Shown piece by piece: positions 43,098 through 59,970 of a stretch of 64,000 nucleotides of DNA. The DNA comes from Eledone cirrhosa. Lineage: Eukaryota. The notes under the pieces were generated by a model. The model was not told the DNA's origin, ran no database searches, and saw only the letters and a list, made by a program, of their open reading frames with translations. The DNA is taken from positions 55,056,001-55,120,000 of the forward strand of contig OZ024749.1 in NCBI GenBank assembly GCA_964016885.1. The letters are read 5' to 3'. Numbering within the stretch: position 1 is the stretch's first letter; each line of letters starts with the position of its first letter. The position numbers were made by a program, and so were the translations under genes.

Positions 43098-45400
43098 TTT
43101 CATCCCATCCTTTCTTTCTCTGCATTCTGTTTCTGCTTGGTAGTAAAACCTTTAACCAACATATAGGAACAACTTCACTTTGTAAACATCACATGAAAAA
43201 CATTTAGAAATACTATTCAACTACAAGCAGTGACTAGGTTTACTAGAGTAATATGTTATGAAATTCAGATTAGAAAATGCACGAAAGCAACCTTGAGACG
43301 TAATTAAGAATACTAATAGCATGCTAAATAAATAAATATTGATAAGAGAACTCGATCAAACTCGTGCTCACTTATACTTAATAATCAATAAACTATACTG
43401 AGTACAACGCACACAAATGAAAGAAAAGTTTTGGAATGAATATTCTACAGGCATTGAGGTAGTAATTAAAATAGAATTAATGCAAACAATAACGATTACA
43501 TGTACTGACTGTCCCTGCAATATGTTAGAGTTACAATATTCTTAATTGGACGCTAAACGAAATAGCAAGACTATACAAAAGAAAATATAAATAAAATAAT
43601 GATTACATTTAGAATATATGAAACAAAATCTGACAAGGAAAGTCAAATATATTTACAATGAGTATGGGGAGGCTGGAATGATATAAATTATCTACTGTGG
43701 AACTGCTAGAATAGACAGTAAATGTAGAAGAATATTAATAGAAATAGATAGAGAATACGAGCTAAGAGGATTTTCAAAGATTCCAAGAAATATCAGAGAC
43801 TGAAATGACAGAAGCAATTGTGATGAGGATGGTGAATAATAACAGTTAAAAGCTGTTGAAAGGATGGCAAAAAAGGTGCTTGCTTGAACAATACAGAAAT
43901 ATTTTAAAAGTGTAGGAGAAATACTGGACTCAAATATTAAACATAGATTGGAATGACAGAAACAATTGTGAGGAGAATGGTGAAAATTAACAGCTAAAAG
44001 CTATGAAAGGGGCTGTAATATTCTGTTGAAATGATAGCAAGAAGGGTACTTGCTTGAACAATAACGAAATATTTCAAAAGTGTATGAGAGATGCGGGATT
44101 CAAATATTAAACTGGAGGATTTATGATCTGCGATTTGCCATTAGAAACGACCAACAGCATGTACTAACACAGAACACAATATACAGACATTTCAAAGAAT
44201 CAATGAAATTCATTGTGTTTGACGATCCACTTACTTTTATCGATATAAATCAGTTTTTTTTTTCATGTCTTCAGGGGTTGGCTGAGGCTCGGGGCATATC
44301 TAGTTTGTTCTTTTTCGAGTGTATTAAATGAATAAGATTGGACGCCACTCCTTCACAGAGTGAACCCCAAATATCATAGGTACTCGTTTCCAGCTAATTC
44401 GAACGGGAGAAACATGAGATGGTGTGTCCTTCACAAGGAGAGATCTAGTCATCGTGAGCACAACAAACAAATCAAACAGCCACACGCTAAAAACATGAAA
44501 TATCAGCAGAAAACATGATATATAAACATGTATACTTTCGGATATACGAAACCACACATACAAGAAGATGAAAAAATAATCAACGAAATATTATTGAACA
44601 GAACCGTTATGATAGCCGAGTGACTCCTAATCGAAGAATCAGTCTCAACGGAGCATAATCTATCTCCCAAATATATTTAGGTAGAATCTATCCAGTATAT
44701 AGGTTTTCATATAAAGATAACTGCATCTGAAAACTGGATATAAAAATAGCCTTTATAATAATACCTATTTGCGAAGAGATATAAAAGAAAGATGCGAAGA
44801 AATACATAACGAAATCTCTATGACTTCTAAATAATTACAACACTGAAAAGTAGAACTACAAGACACTACAAAACATATTACTTAGATTCCTATCATTAGA
44901 ATAGAAGATAGGAAACGAAAAGAAAAGAAACAAAATGTCTTCATAGACAAGACTTGCAAAGTTGCAATCCAAATTGCAGTAAAAACATGTAATAAAAATA
45001 AGACTATTAAAAGATACTAAGTTATTATGTGCAAATTCTAGAGAACTTTCAGCAGCCAACACACAGACCACCCGCTAACACATAATAAAGCTGACATCAT
45101 TTAAAATGACAAAAATGACAGAAGCAATGCAATTAACGACATCACAATACCAAATGACTATAATGTTGAACTAAAACGAGTTAAGATTTTGAAAGAATTA
45201 CATTGACCTAGCCACTGAACTAAAAACGTCATATCAATTAAGCAATGAGTGTTTCATGATTGTGTTTGTAAATGTCACAAATGAAGTGATAATGAATCAG
45301 TTTTCGTTAGATACGGATAGATTACCTATCAGGTTAGACATAGGTTAATTCTAAAATAACAATAACAATGTATATATGATGTTAGATCATTCTGCTAACC
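42550..45400 (+). mobile_element. Heavily decayed R4/Dong-like (RLE-endonuclease) non-LTR retrotransposon
   Basis: RT motif AWIDYEKAFESVPYTRILETL at 42831, an MKF.LE.C-like motif near 43258, and RLE-like TDHPLTHNKADII...DITIPNDYNVELK...DLATELK at about 45064-45225. It has many stops and interruptions, and the ends are approximate. Confidence 0.7.
43797..44112 (+). repeat. Diverged tandem duplication (~150 and ~170 bp) inside the LINE remnant
   Basis: aatgacagaa.caattgtga...cttgcttgaacaata...caaatattaaac occurs twice. Confidence 0.8.
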
Positions 45401-45510
45401 TTGAACTTTTCTGTTGACCTTAAACATAAATGTTATCCTTGAAATAGTTGGTATAAGGTTTCCAATATGTACCTAATTCTTTTTGAAGGAAAAAAAACAT
45501 TCTCAAACCA

Positions 45511-45737
45511 TTAATAATACTTTCTGATTTAGGGACAAGGCCAACAATGTCGTTTTGTGGAGGGGGTAGTCGATTAAATCGACCCTAGTGCGTTACTGAT
45601 ATTTTATATTATCGACCCCGTAAGTATGAAGGACAAAGCTAAACCCGGCGGTATTTGTACTCAGAACTTAAAAGGACATAACTTAATACCACAATGCATT
45701 TTGTCTGATGCTCTACAGGTACTGCCAATCAACCACC
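45511..45737 (-). mobile_element. Major SINE family copy
   Basis: Same core on the minus strand, lying between the two LINE remnants. Confidence 0.8.
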
Positions 45738-45769
45738 TTTCGCAAACCATTAATAATAATATAGAAGAT

Positions 45770-46270
45770 TATAACATAAATAAGGACCACCAAGTCCCCC
45801 AAAATAGAAGCTACAGGCTGTTTAACTATCTATCTACAGCGTAGAAAGCCTCATAGCTTGAAATAATGCCAGAGGTAAAGAATGGGGAAATGCAACTAGA
45901 TTAACAGGAGTGGTAATGCAAAGGCTAGTGTTGTATTAAAGATCAATTACAGTTCAACAAATCTATACCTGAACAGTGTAGAAATAGAAAGAATTATATG
46001 AGCTTGATATATATTGATCAACCAACGACTTTTGATAGTATTCCTCATGAGGTATGTAAACCTTAGCCATGAATACAATAAGAATATACTTCACACAGGC
46101 GGCGAAACTTAAAATCTAAAACTATAAAAGTATAAAAGTAAATACTGAAATAATCCAGAGTATTGTAGATGCTGACATCCTTCGTCCGCTGTACCATTAA
46201 ATAATTCAAATCCATGCAGAGATTTAGGGGAATGTAAGAGAAGAGACACATCCTGTCCCTTTCTTTTATT
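45770..46270 (+). mobile_element. Second decayed R4/Dong-like RT fragment
   Basis: YRLFNYLSTA (resembling YRPITCL), KDQL..NK, YIDQPTTFDSIPHE (resembling WIDYKKAFDSVPH) and a degenerate GD.LSP region occur in the expected order. Confidence 0.55.
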
Positions 46271-47239
46271 AGATGAATATCTTAACCCTAGTACAGTACA
46301 GTACAGTCCAGTAAACTAATGGCGTATTCGTAAATTAAATAGTGTCAGGCTAAACACAGCAAGCTGCTATATATAACACGACGTGGTACCTATTTACAAA
46401 TATCTGGAATAATTTCCTGCTGGTTGTTTCCAGACAAATGGAAGACTTTAATATCAGACATAGAAGCTAACGAAAATCTTGTCAATTATATATTTATCCA
46501 TTCTGCTGATAACGCCGAACTTATACCTTTATATTGTTCCTAATTAACTTTAGTTCGACCAGGTCGATGTGTGTTAAGTGAACACAACAGGGTATCTTTT
46601 GACAAGATATAAAATAGTGACCTTTTAAACGAGAGAATGACATTTTATTGACCTGGCTTCATGCAGCACTCAGTTGTACGACAAAATGATGATAAAAATA
46701 ATCGAAGAGAATTTGTGAATCTTCATTCTAGTATTTTATAGTGGACAATCAAAAGAAGTATCTAGGAATGTCACGCACATCTCTCAGGATTCATCTAATT
46801 GAAGCGAAAAATTTCCCATACTAAAATGGATTGTAGTTATTGTTAACCGAACGTAAAGTACATGCGCACATAGATGGCTAGGAAACCACACATTAACACA
46901 CACATATACATACATACATATATTTATGTATTTGTGTGTGTGTGTGTGTGTATATATATGTGTGTGTGTATTATTGGCCCTACCACAAGCAGTTGGATAC
47001 CAAGATTATATATATATATACAATAAGAACAAAGTGGTGATGTTACATAGGATATTTATTTATTGCTTGATCCCGTTTCCAAATGTTTGCCAAGCAGCTG
47101 GCTCGTGATCTAGGCTGGTACCCCCCCGCCCCGACCAGACTCCCAGACTGCCTGATCCTCAGACCAGTGTTACCACAACAAAAATTCCATCAAATCTTCA
47201 TACATATAACAATATTATTACTATACCCATCTAACAAAA

Positions 47240-47431
47240 CGGCGGGCAACAACCTTTGCAGCATATAATTACGTCCATTTAAAGTTCTGATTTCAAATCT
47301 TGCTGAGATTAATTTTGCCTTTATCCTTACAGAGTCGATAAAATAAAGTACCAGTAACGTACTGGGATCGATGTAATCGAGTTCCCCCTACTCCAAAATC
47401 GTTGGCCCTGTGAGTTAATCAGAAACCATTA
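47240..47431 (+). mobile_element. Major SINE family copy
   Basis: gtcgataaaataaagtaccagtaacgtactgggatcgatgtaatcga core. Confidence 0.75.
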
Positions 47432-48141
47432 TTTCCATCTAACAAGGGCGTGGGTGTTGTCCTTGATATAACGTTCATCGAAGTTCTTCTTGTTGAAAAA
47501 AGGTTCTATGGCAAAACCACAACCACTTGAGCCTTTAAACCAAGGACGGGTATACCTTTACTGCAAGAGGTGAATCACAACTGCATAGAACTTTCGCAAG
47601 TATATCTCTGTGGAAGAATATTTAAGACTTCGTCAATGAACAATCTTATATTGGAAGACGACAGAGGGTTTTCTCACCATTGGTGTAAAGCATTACACCC
47701 GTTAGCACTATCAGTTTAATTCGTTTAATAAATCCTGTTCATGTGAATCTCTTTGACCTCATCTGTCAGACGAAACTAAATATGTTATCTCCACCCAAAA
47801 TAATGAACTGACACAATTTCTCTGACTAACATGCTTACAATCCTAAACTTTCCATATTATTTCTGTGTACCAACATTCTCTCACTCACACACACTCTCTC
47901 CCCCACACACACACTCTCACACATACTCTCTCTCTCTCTCACTCACACAAACACATTCTCTTACACACACACAGACCCTCTGCTTACACACTCTCTCTCG
48001 CTAACACATACTCTCTCTCTCACTATATATATATGTGTGTGTGCATGTTTGTATATGATATATATACATATGTGTGTATGTATACATACACACGTGTGAG
48101 ATTATTTCTCTATATGCGCATGTACTAGCAGATATACAAAC

Positions 48142-48181
<40 letters not shown>

Positions 48182-48333
48182 CTATATACACAATAATTAT
48201 CTCACATGATATTGGTGAAAAAGGGTTAACTTTATACAATGTTCTGGCGAAGTTTTAGCCAAAAACAAATTATCATTAAACTTGTGTCTTCTCACATCTG
48301 GTTTTACAATGATCCAAACGCAGATTAATTACT

Positions 48334-48389
<56 letters not shown>

Positions 48390-48665
48390 CTCTACATCCT
48401 TTATGTATCTATATATCTATCAATCTATCTTTTTCTCTAACCACACAAAACATCCATGGATTTCTTCCTATTCTCATCTCCCATTCCCCTTATGGCACTA
48501 ATATGGCGCAGTGTCTTATATATTCTCCACCTACTCCTTTTACTCCTATCTCTTCCTATATTATATTTTTCTTCCTGGTCGCTTTCTTGTTCCTTGTCAT
48601 CTTTCTTCTTCTAGTTGTTGTTCTTGTTCTTCTTTCTCCTCCTACACCTACTCCACCTTCTTCTT

Positions 48666-48873
48666 GTGGATTGGCAGTATCGGTAGAGGGTCGGACGCCA
48701 TGCTTTCCAGCATAGTTACGGCCCTTTATGATCTGAGTTCAAATCCCGCCGAGTTTAACTTTACCTTTCATCCTTACGATAAAATAAAGTACCAGTAATG
48801 CACTGGGATTGATTTAATCGTCTTTTCCCATGAAAATTGCTGGTATTGTGCCTTTATAAGACACCATTATTAT
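48666..48873 (+). mobile_element. Major SINE family, near full-length
   Basis: Head gattggcagtatcggtagagggtcggacgcc, the core, and an (att)n tail. Confidence 0.85.
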
Positions 48874-49506
48874 TATTACCATTAATATTATTATTATTAT
48901 TCCTTTAGTGGAATCACCATAACTCAGCCTATAACTATGAAAAACAACCAACATCACGATATAGAAAGATGGACGTCAAACCACAAAATTACCAGAAACA
49001 TACACTCCATCAAAACACAAAAACGACCACTACAACGATTCCACAAACCACCATCGTTACCACCATCCCAGTACTACTACTACTACTACTACATATCTAT
49101 CTGTTGTGTTTCTTATATTTTCCCCTACAACATTTACTCCAAGTTTCTCTATAGTTTTGCAACCTCTCCCTATATACCGTGTCGACATGTTAGTAATGGT
49201 TCATTTCAATTCAACCTCCAGGTTCTTCTAAAAAGCTTCCATATAGCTTTTTACGTGCAGGCTTGAAATGGTTATCTATCTATCTATCTATCTATCTAAC
49301 CGTCTCTCTAATTGTTTTTTTCTCTCTGTCTAGTTATCTATATAACGATCTACGTAATGTATACATATATATGTATGTATACATACATACATAGATATAT
49401 ATATATGTGTATATATATAATCGAAGTATATATGTTTATATTTACGTACTATGTGCACGTATGTATACATATATATGAATATATATGTATAAATAACTAA
49501 ATAAAC

Positions 49507-49649
<143 letters not shown>

Positions 49650-50547
49650 CATGCGCTCACGGATTTACATGTGAAAATAAAGAACCAAACAAACTTTCAT
49701 AGATATCAGATTGCACTCGTTAAACTTAGCTAGCTTTAACTTTTTCCGACGACCTGCACTCACCTTCATTCACATTTTTATTTTCCTGGCTTCTACATCT
49801 ATCTTTCATAGTTCCTCGCTAATTAAATCTCTCCTCATACGAACATCTTTTCTCACTACTTCTTCCAGTCGTTACCTCTCACTACGCTCCTATCTCTTTC
49901 TCTCTATCTTCACACACATCCATTCACACATGCACTCACGCAAACACACACATAAATAAAATAATTGACACATCATACATATATTAAAAAAAAAGATAAA
50001 GAAATGCGCTAACATGAATCTGTTGCCATAGATTGTAAAAAAATAAATAGGAAATTAGGATCTGTTCCAAAATGTTCGTATCAATCTTTAGACTATATAA
50101 GACTTTTTTTTACATTTTTTCATCCTAAGTTAAAGATAAACTCACACATATACATATATATATAAATATATATCATACATGCATATAAATATATATCATA
50201 CATGCATATAAATATATATCATACATGCATATAAATATATATCATACAAGAGGAACAGGTTGAAAGAGTAAGAGATTCTGGTTGTAATTCCAGTCTGTAA
50301 GCAAACATTCAAATGTTCGCAGTGAAAGGAGTTGTAATACATAATGACAATACTAGAACCTTTTAAAAAAACACCAACAACAACAACAACACAGTAAATA
50401 CAGAATATTTGCATAAAAATTATAGCATATTTATTGGAATATCTATGTGTGAATATATATATATATATATATATATACATACATACATACATACATACGT
50501 ACATATATATATACGTACATATATATACATATATATATGTATGTATG

Positions 50548-50596
<49 letters not shown>

Positions 50597-50605
50597 GTAT
50601 GTATG

Positions 50606-50664
<59 letters not shown>

Positions 50665-50705
50665 GTATATGTATATATATATATATGTATATATATGTAT
50701 GTATG

Positions 50706-50736
<31 letters not shown>

Positions 50737-50738
50737 AT

Positions 50739-50800
<62 letters not shown>

Positions 50801-50889
50801 GTATATATATGTACGTATATATATATATATGTACGTATGTATGTATGTATGTATGTATATATATATATATATATATTCACACACATATA

Positions 50890-50943
<54 letters not shown>

Positions 50944-51486
50944 CATATATATTTATATATACATATATATATATATATATTATATATATATAAAAATATT
51001 CGCACATAGATATTCAAATAAATATGCTATAATTTTTATGCAAATATTCTGTATTTACTGTCTTGTTATTGGTGTATATATATATATTTATATATTACAT
51101 ATATTTGTGGATCTACCAATGAATAAACCGAAGAACAAGAAAATAGATAAGAACAATGATAGATACACATGGCAGCAACTTGCGCGTACGTATCTCTGTT
51201 TAACTAAGTAAAGAACAACAACACAGTGAAACGATGGCAATATCACCAACAGCAGCAGAGCGCCAGAGATTTTCTGCGTTTTTTTGTTGTTGTTGCCGAG
51301 AATATATGGTATCTCACTCTCCAATATATACTACCTTGTTGTCTTTTTATTAATTAACTTTATCTATTTTATTGTTTTACATATATATATATGCAAAGGT
51401 GAAAGAGAAATAACAAAGCAAACGGTATAGTAAAAAGAAGAAATACATTAGTTATATATATTTATATATATATATATATATATATA

Positions 51487-51661
51487 ACGAAGGAAATGTG
51501 GTACGGAACCAGATGGACCATAACGCACCAAAGTACTCAATACTTAGGGTAGTAGAGTGGGTAATTCTGAGCTCAAGCCGTTCAGACGGCTAATTCTGGT
51601 CTGCGTCCAGAATTAGCCGTCTGAACGGCTTGAGCTCAGCCGTCGGGGTCCTACTCGTCCC
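51487..51661. mobile_element. Hairpin element family H, copy 4
   Basis: Arms at 51567-51599 and 51607-51639, with the same tail as copy 3, inside (TA)n. Confidence 0.85.
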
Positions 51662-51701
51662 TATATATATATATAAGAAGAAATATATTAGTTATATATG
51701 T

Positions 51702-51744
<43 letters not shown>

Positions 51745-51936
51745 ATGTGTGTGTGTGTTTATGTCGTCCATTAACAACAGGTGAAACCTCAGAGTAACAA
51801 GACTCACTATTTTAGCGCAGTAAATACATTTTTAAATTCTACTTCGGTGTGGAGTACATAGATATATATATGTACATTACATAATTACGTGTCCTAGCCG
51901 ACAGGTTAAGACCATGCTGGGGCACCACCATATATA

Positions 51937-51977
<41 letters not shown>

Positions 51978-52017
51978 ATATATATGTGTGGTGGGTATAT
52001 ATATATCTATCTATCTA

Positions 52018-52128
<111 letters not shown>

Positions 52129-52280
52129 ATATATAATGCCGGAAGGAATGTCGAGAATTGTATATGATAGTATATAATTTCATAACATTTCAAATTATTG
52201 GATGAACAACTCCCTTGAAACATGCACTAAGAAATAAACATGGTTTAAAAGATAAAGGTTTATTTTTCCATCAATATACA

Positions 52281-52328
<48 letters not shown>

Positions 52329-52404
52329 ACACACACACATATATATATATGTGTGTGTAGTAATAATCATTTTGAAGACCAAATCCGAAGAAGGCTCGAT
52401 AAGG

Positions 52405-52442
<38 letters not shown>

Positions 52443-52569
52443 TTTATTAATTTATATATATATATACTGCATATATATATATATAAAAGTATACATAAAC
52501 CCGTAGCGAGCCCAAATGTATATATATATATATAATAATAATAATAAAATGTGGAGAAGGAGCACACGA

Positions 52570-52600
<31 letters not shown>

Positions 52601-53264
52601 CGTACATATACATGGATAGGTAAAATGAAAAGTACTTCCGAAGGGAGGATTGAATTATCTAAAAATGTTTAGTTGACTACCAAGAGGGAAGTGCCTACAA
52701 TTCCATGAAAACTATTGGGATAATCTGAAGTACAACTTATATACTACAGTACAACATTCCATTTGATGTTTATGTTCTAACATTTGACATGGTTACATCA
52801 TGACAGAAACTATTTGTTTAAAAGTTGTTTACGTTCCATCTATAGCTACGAACATACCTGTCTATTTCAACCAAACAATAAATGATGTTCACATGTTGCA
52901 ACTGAAGCTGCAATAATAATTTCAACGGAGAAGCAATCGGAACAAAGGGTTTCAGTGCTTGGTGAAATAAAAACTATCTTTCCCAGATAAAATAACAGTG
53001 AAGTCATTTCACAGCCTCTGGAGTAGACAATAAAATATAGATTTGAGTTACATCCCTCATCTATTGTTACATGAACTATACATCTTTAATAGGTGTCGGA
53101 AACAATTGTCTCCTAGTAAATTGTTGTCACACATCTAAGACAGTACCACCATCATCATCATCTATAGCATCTATTATGTTTACATAGGTTAATTACTCAG
53201 AAGCGCCATCTCCTTGTCAAATAATTGTTAAGTTTGTAATGCAGTTATAATGTAAAAAATGTTT

Positions 53265-53307
<43 letters not shown>

Positions 53308-53310
53308 TTT

Positions 53311-53607
53311 TAACTTTGATTTTGAAAGTAGGTTTATAATTATCAATTTTCATCCTACTTTTGTAGCTGTCTCTGAGGCCTAGTTGGTAGAATCGTCGCC
53401 GGTGGTGATCCTGTTCTGAAGTTCGATCCTGGCCGGGAGTAAGGGTTCCCGGTAAACCTTTTCAGTTTTTTTCTATGGGATATAAAATGAAAATTGAAAA
53501 AGAGTGAACCCAAGACCAGAATCTCTATTGCCTATAGTAGCTCCCACAGAGACAACTACGAAAACTTTATGAAAATTCTTACTTTTAAACCTACTCTCTT
53601 AAAGTTA
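53311..53607 (+). mobile_element. tRNA-like Pol III unit enclosed by imperfect ~60-bp inverted repeats
   Basis: A-box-like ggcctagttggtag (53377), B-box gttcgatcc (53421) and T-runs at 53459-53472. The outer arms 53311-53375 and 53547-53607 share taacttt/agtaggttta/aattttcat/gtag.tgtctctg. Confidence 0.5.
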
Positions 53608-53689
53608 TTGATCCTACTTAAGGTCGACTTCTAAATCATTTGGGTGTTCCATAAACTACATCCTCGTTTTGTTTCTCACCTATCTAGAC

Positions 53690-54534
53690 CAGCCATGTCA
53701 AACATGCGGCCCGCGCGCCGCATGCAGCCTTTTGCAAGCACACCTGCGGTCCGCACAAAGGTTTTTACAGCGCGAGCATGTTTTATCTTCGTAATATCAA
53801 GTAAAAAATCTTTTTGATAAGATTGTTTTTTGGGGGTGGAGGGGAGGGGGGGCATTTTTGCCGACTACTTTTTAACTTCCAACGAATCACGCGTAGTACA
53901 TTAACAGTTGTAAACAGAGTTTTTTCTTTTAAAATGGCTAGTGCTCCTACGAGAAAAAGGAAATTGACCCAAGAAAAGTGACAATTACAGTATTTTTGCA
54001 CAACGGTGAGCGGAAAGATACACTGTTTAATTTCCAACAACTACATCGCCACGCCAAAAGAATAGAATTTGAAAAGGCATTATGAAACGAACCATTGATC
54101 TTATGATAAATATGAAGGCCCAATGTGTGTTTCAAGACTCAAGGAATTGAAGGCTAACTTGACACAGCAACAAACCTATTTTATGTTAATTCAGGAAGAG
54201 AATGTCAATTCCGTTACTGCAAGCTATGAACTCAGTTGAATGATTGCCTTGAGTGGGAAATCTTACAGTGAAGGAGATTTTGTAAAGCAATGCTTTGTAA
54301 AAACAGTTGACATTGTATGTGCAGAGAAAGCACAGTTATTCAAAGACATTTCATTAACCAGTAACACTGTTGCTGGCCGGATTGATGAAATGCCAGGTGT
54401 TCTGAAACAACAGTTGAAGGCTTTTTCTGCAATACATTTTATTAAATAAATTTAATTAGTTGTCGTGTGCGGCCCTCAGACAAAACATATGTGACACATG
54501 TGGCCCTTGGGGCACCCTCAGTTTGACATGCTTG
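53690..54534 (+). mobile_element. Internally deleted hAT (Charlie/Buster-type) DNA transposon
   Basis: TIRs cagccatgtcaaac (53690) and gtttgacatgcttg (ends 54534), with GC-rich subterminal gcggccc motifs. The left flank atctagac matches the nTCTAGAn Charlie target consensus; the right flank aattacac matches it at 5/8. Confidence 0.85.
53934..54425 (+). pseudogene. hAT transposase N-terminal remnant (GTF2IRD2/EPM2AIP1/SPIN-like)
   Basis: Disrupted translation MASAPTRKRK...NLKRHYET...LKANLTQQQ...ASYELS*MIALSGKSYSEGDFVKQC...CAEKAQLFKDISLTSNTVAGRIDEM, with stops and frameshifts. The catalytic domain is deleted. Confidence 0.85.
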
Positions 54535-54647
54535 AATTACACTATCCTATAATACATTATTATATACATTTGTGTGTATGTGTGTGATATATGTAGAGTG
54601 CAGACGCACAAGATTGTGCGCGCATATACTTAAGTAGAAATAAATAA

Positions 54648-54678
<31 letters not shown>

Positions 54679-54709
54679 CATATATATATACATATATATA
54701 TACATATAT

Positions 54710-55092
54710 ATATACTTATATATATACTTATATATATACTTATATATATACTTATATATATACTTATATATATACTTATATATATACTTATATATATACT
54801 TATATATATACTTATATATATACTTATATATATACTTATATATATACTTATATATATACTTATATACATATATATATACATATATATATATATATACTTA
54901 TATATACATATATATATACTTATATATATACTTATATATATACTTATATATATACTTATATATATACTTATATATATACTTATATATATACTTATATATA
55001 TACTTATATATATACTTATATATATATATACTTATATATATACTTATATATATACTTATATATATACTTATATATATACTTATATATATACT

Positions 55093-55095
<3 letters not shown>
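54710..55095. repeat. (TATATACTTA)-type minisatellite
   Basis: Regular 12-nt units tatatatactta. Confidence 0.9.
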
Positions 55096-55137
<42 letters not shown>

Positions 55138-55182
55138 ATTTATATACATATATACATATATATATATATACAGGATAACAGG

Positions 55183-55243
<61 letters not shown>

Positions 55244-55747
55244 TTTGTAATATAAGTTGCCGCCGTTTTTTATTAAGAAGTCTGGTAAGAACGGCGGGAA
55301 TTTATATATACATATATATATACATATATATGCATACATACATATCTATACCTTTCCTCTCCTTTTTTTCGCTGTAACTTGTCTACACAATACCTTCTGT
55401 CTTTGATGTTATATATTCATATTTAACAGGTTATTCAGACCGCCATCTTCTTGCCATACAGCTTTTTACATCCGATATAATTCCTCGCTGTCATTTTCTT
55501 TTTTCCCTATTCTTCAGTCTTCCCAATGTTTCTTACATATCACCTTCTCCCTCCTCACAGCCATATTATCTTTTACAATTTTCTTCTCAGTTTCTTTTTA
55601 TATTATTTTTTCTCTGGCTTGGTTATTTTACATCTCACCTTAATCCTAGATTTTCTCCTCATCCCGAACATCTCTCATTCTCCCCTATCCGCCTATCACT
55701 TTATATCCCTCCATGTACATACACACGTATTCACACATACACGCATC

Positions 55748-57367
<1,620 letters not shown>

Positions 57368-57589
57368 GCATATATATATGCGCATATATAAATATGCATA
57401 TGTTCGTATATATAGAGAGAGAGAGATTCATCTCTACCTACATAAATCCCAACCCATCTCGTTCTCATTTGCTTTCACTCGTACTCTCTTAACATCTCAC
57501 CCTCTCTCTCTCACTCTCTCCTGTGATGTTTTTAATTTCCCCTGTTACATTCTTGATGTACTTTCTCAATAGCATCTAGTACATATCAA

Positions 57590-58735
<1,146 letters not shown>

Positions 58736-59215
58736 GTGGTGACATGTTTTCTTGTATTTTCTTTGCTCTATTTACCCTCATGTGTTTCCATATTGTTTGG
58801 CTTTCTTGAAATGCCAATGATGTTTGCAAATATGATTTACTTCCATTTTTTATGCCATTTAATACCGTCTGCTGTATTATGTGTGCAAGAAAAATCTCCA
58901 AAACTCTCTACATCGTGTAGTTTGCAGACACCTTGTTTTATTTCTTCACAATAAATGTTGCCTTTATTTCTATTTTCTATTTCGTTATCTTATTTGTTTT
59001 CTATATAAGAAATTATCTGTATAGTATTTCATGCTGAAATGGTATATCTATCTATCTAACTATCTATGTATCTATCTGCCTATATACTTATCTATTGTAG
59101 GTAGGTTTTTCACATTTATCTCACACTACCCTCTCCTCCTCTCTCTCCCTCTCTCTCTCTATATATATACATATTCATTATGTGTGGATGTTTATATATA
59201 TAAAATATATATATT

Positions 59216-59275
<60 letters not shown>

Positions 59276-59418
59276 TGTATATCTATATATAAATGTGTGT
59301 GTGTTTATTCGTGTACATATGTATGCAGCTATGTATGTATGAATAGACGTTTTTTATTTTTATTTTTATTTTTATCAATCTATTTATCTATCTGACTATT
59401 ACAATTTCTAGCAATATA

Positions 59419-59471
<53 letters not shown>

Positions 59472-59530
59472 GTGTGTGTGTGCGTGTGTGTGTATGCGTG
59501 CGTGTGTGAGTATATATATTTATATGTATA

Positions 59531-59588
<58 letters not shown>

Positions 59589-59970
59589 GACTTAAGTGAA
59601 TTCCTTCCTTAGAATTGAAAATTGCTACCTTCTCTCCACAGACATTACACTTTGACTTTCAATAGTATTTTAAATTCTACTTGCATCGTATTTCCCGTCT
59701 GGCTTTTTCCCTATTCGTGATGATTCTATATGAAGTAAATGAAATCGTATATCATCTCCTGAACAACGATCTTAAGATTCGCTCTGGCTTCTGGAGTTAT
59801 TTATCATAATTTGTATTATATTCTAGCTAAACCGATTCCATGACACAATAACGATCCTTTTTAACAGTAATCTATTGATTTTACATGGCTAAGGAACTTC
59901 GGTAAAATATAAAAGTTCGGGATAGAATTCCACTGCAATCAATCTCTCTCTCTCTCTATATATATATATA

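Noticed and set aside
47040-47170. Minus-strand CTGAGGA ... GAAAC ... TC followed by AATAAA
   Set aside because: Stems I and II do not pair convincingly and the spacing is long, so it was not called as a hammerhead.
53369-53440. Functional tRNA gene
   Set aside because: The boxes are present, but acceptor and anticodon stems could not be formed, so it is reported only as tRNA-like.
55251-55306. Imperfect hairpin ccgccgttt.../...aacggcgg beside a TA run
   Set aside because: It is short and mismatched with no second copy in the window, so there is not enough to assign it.
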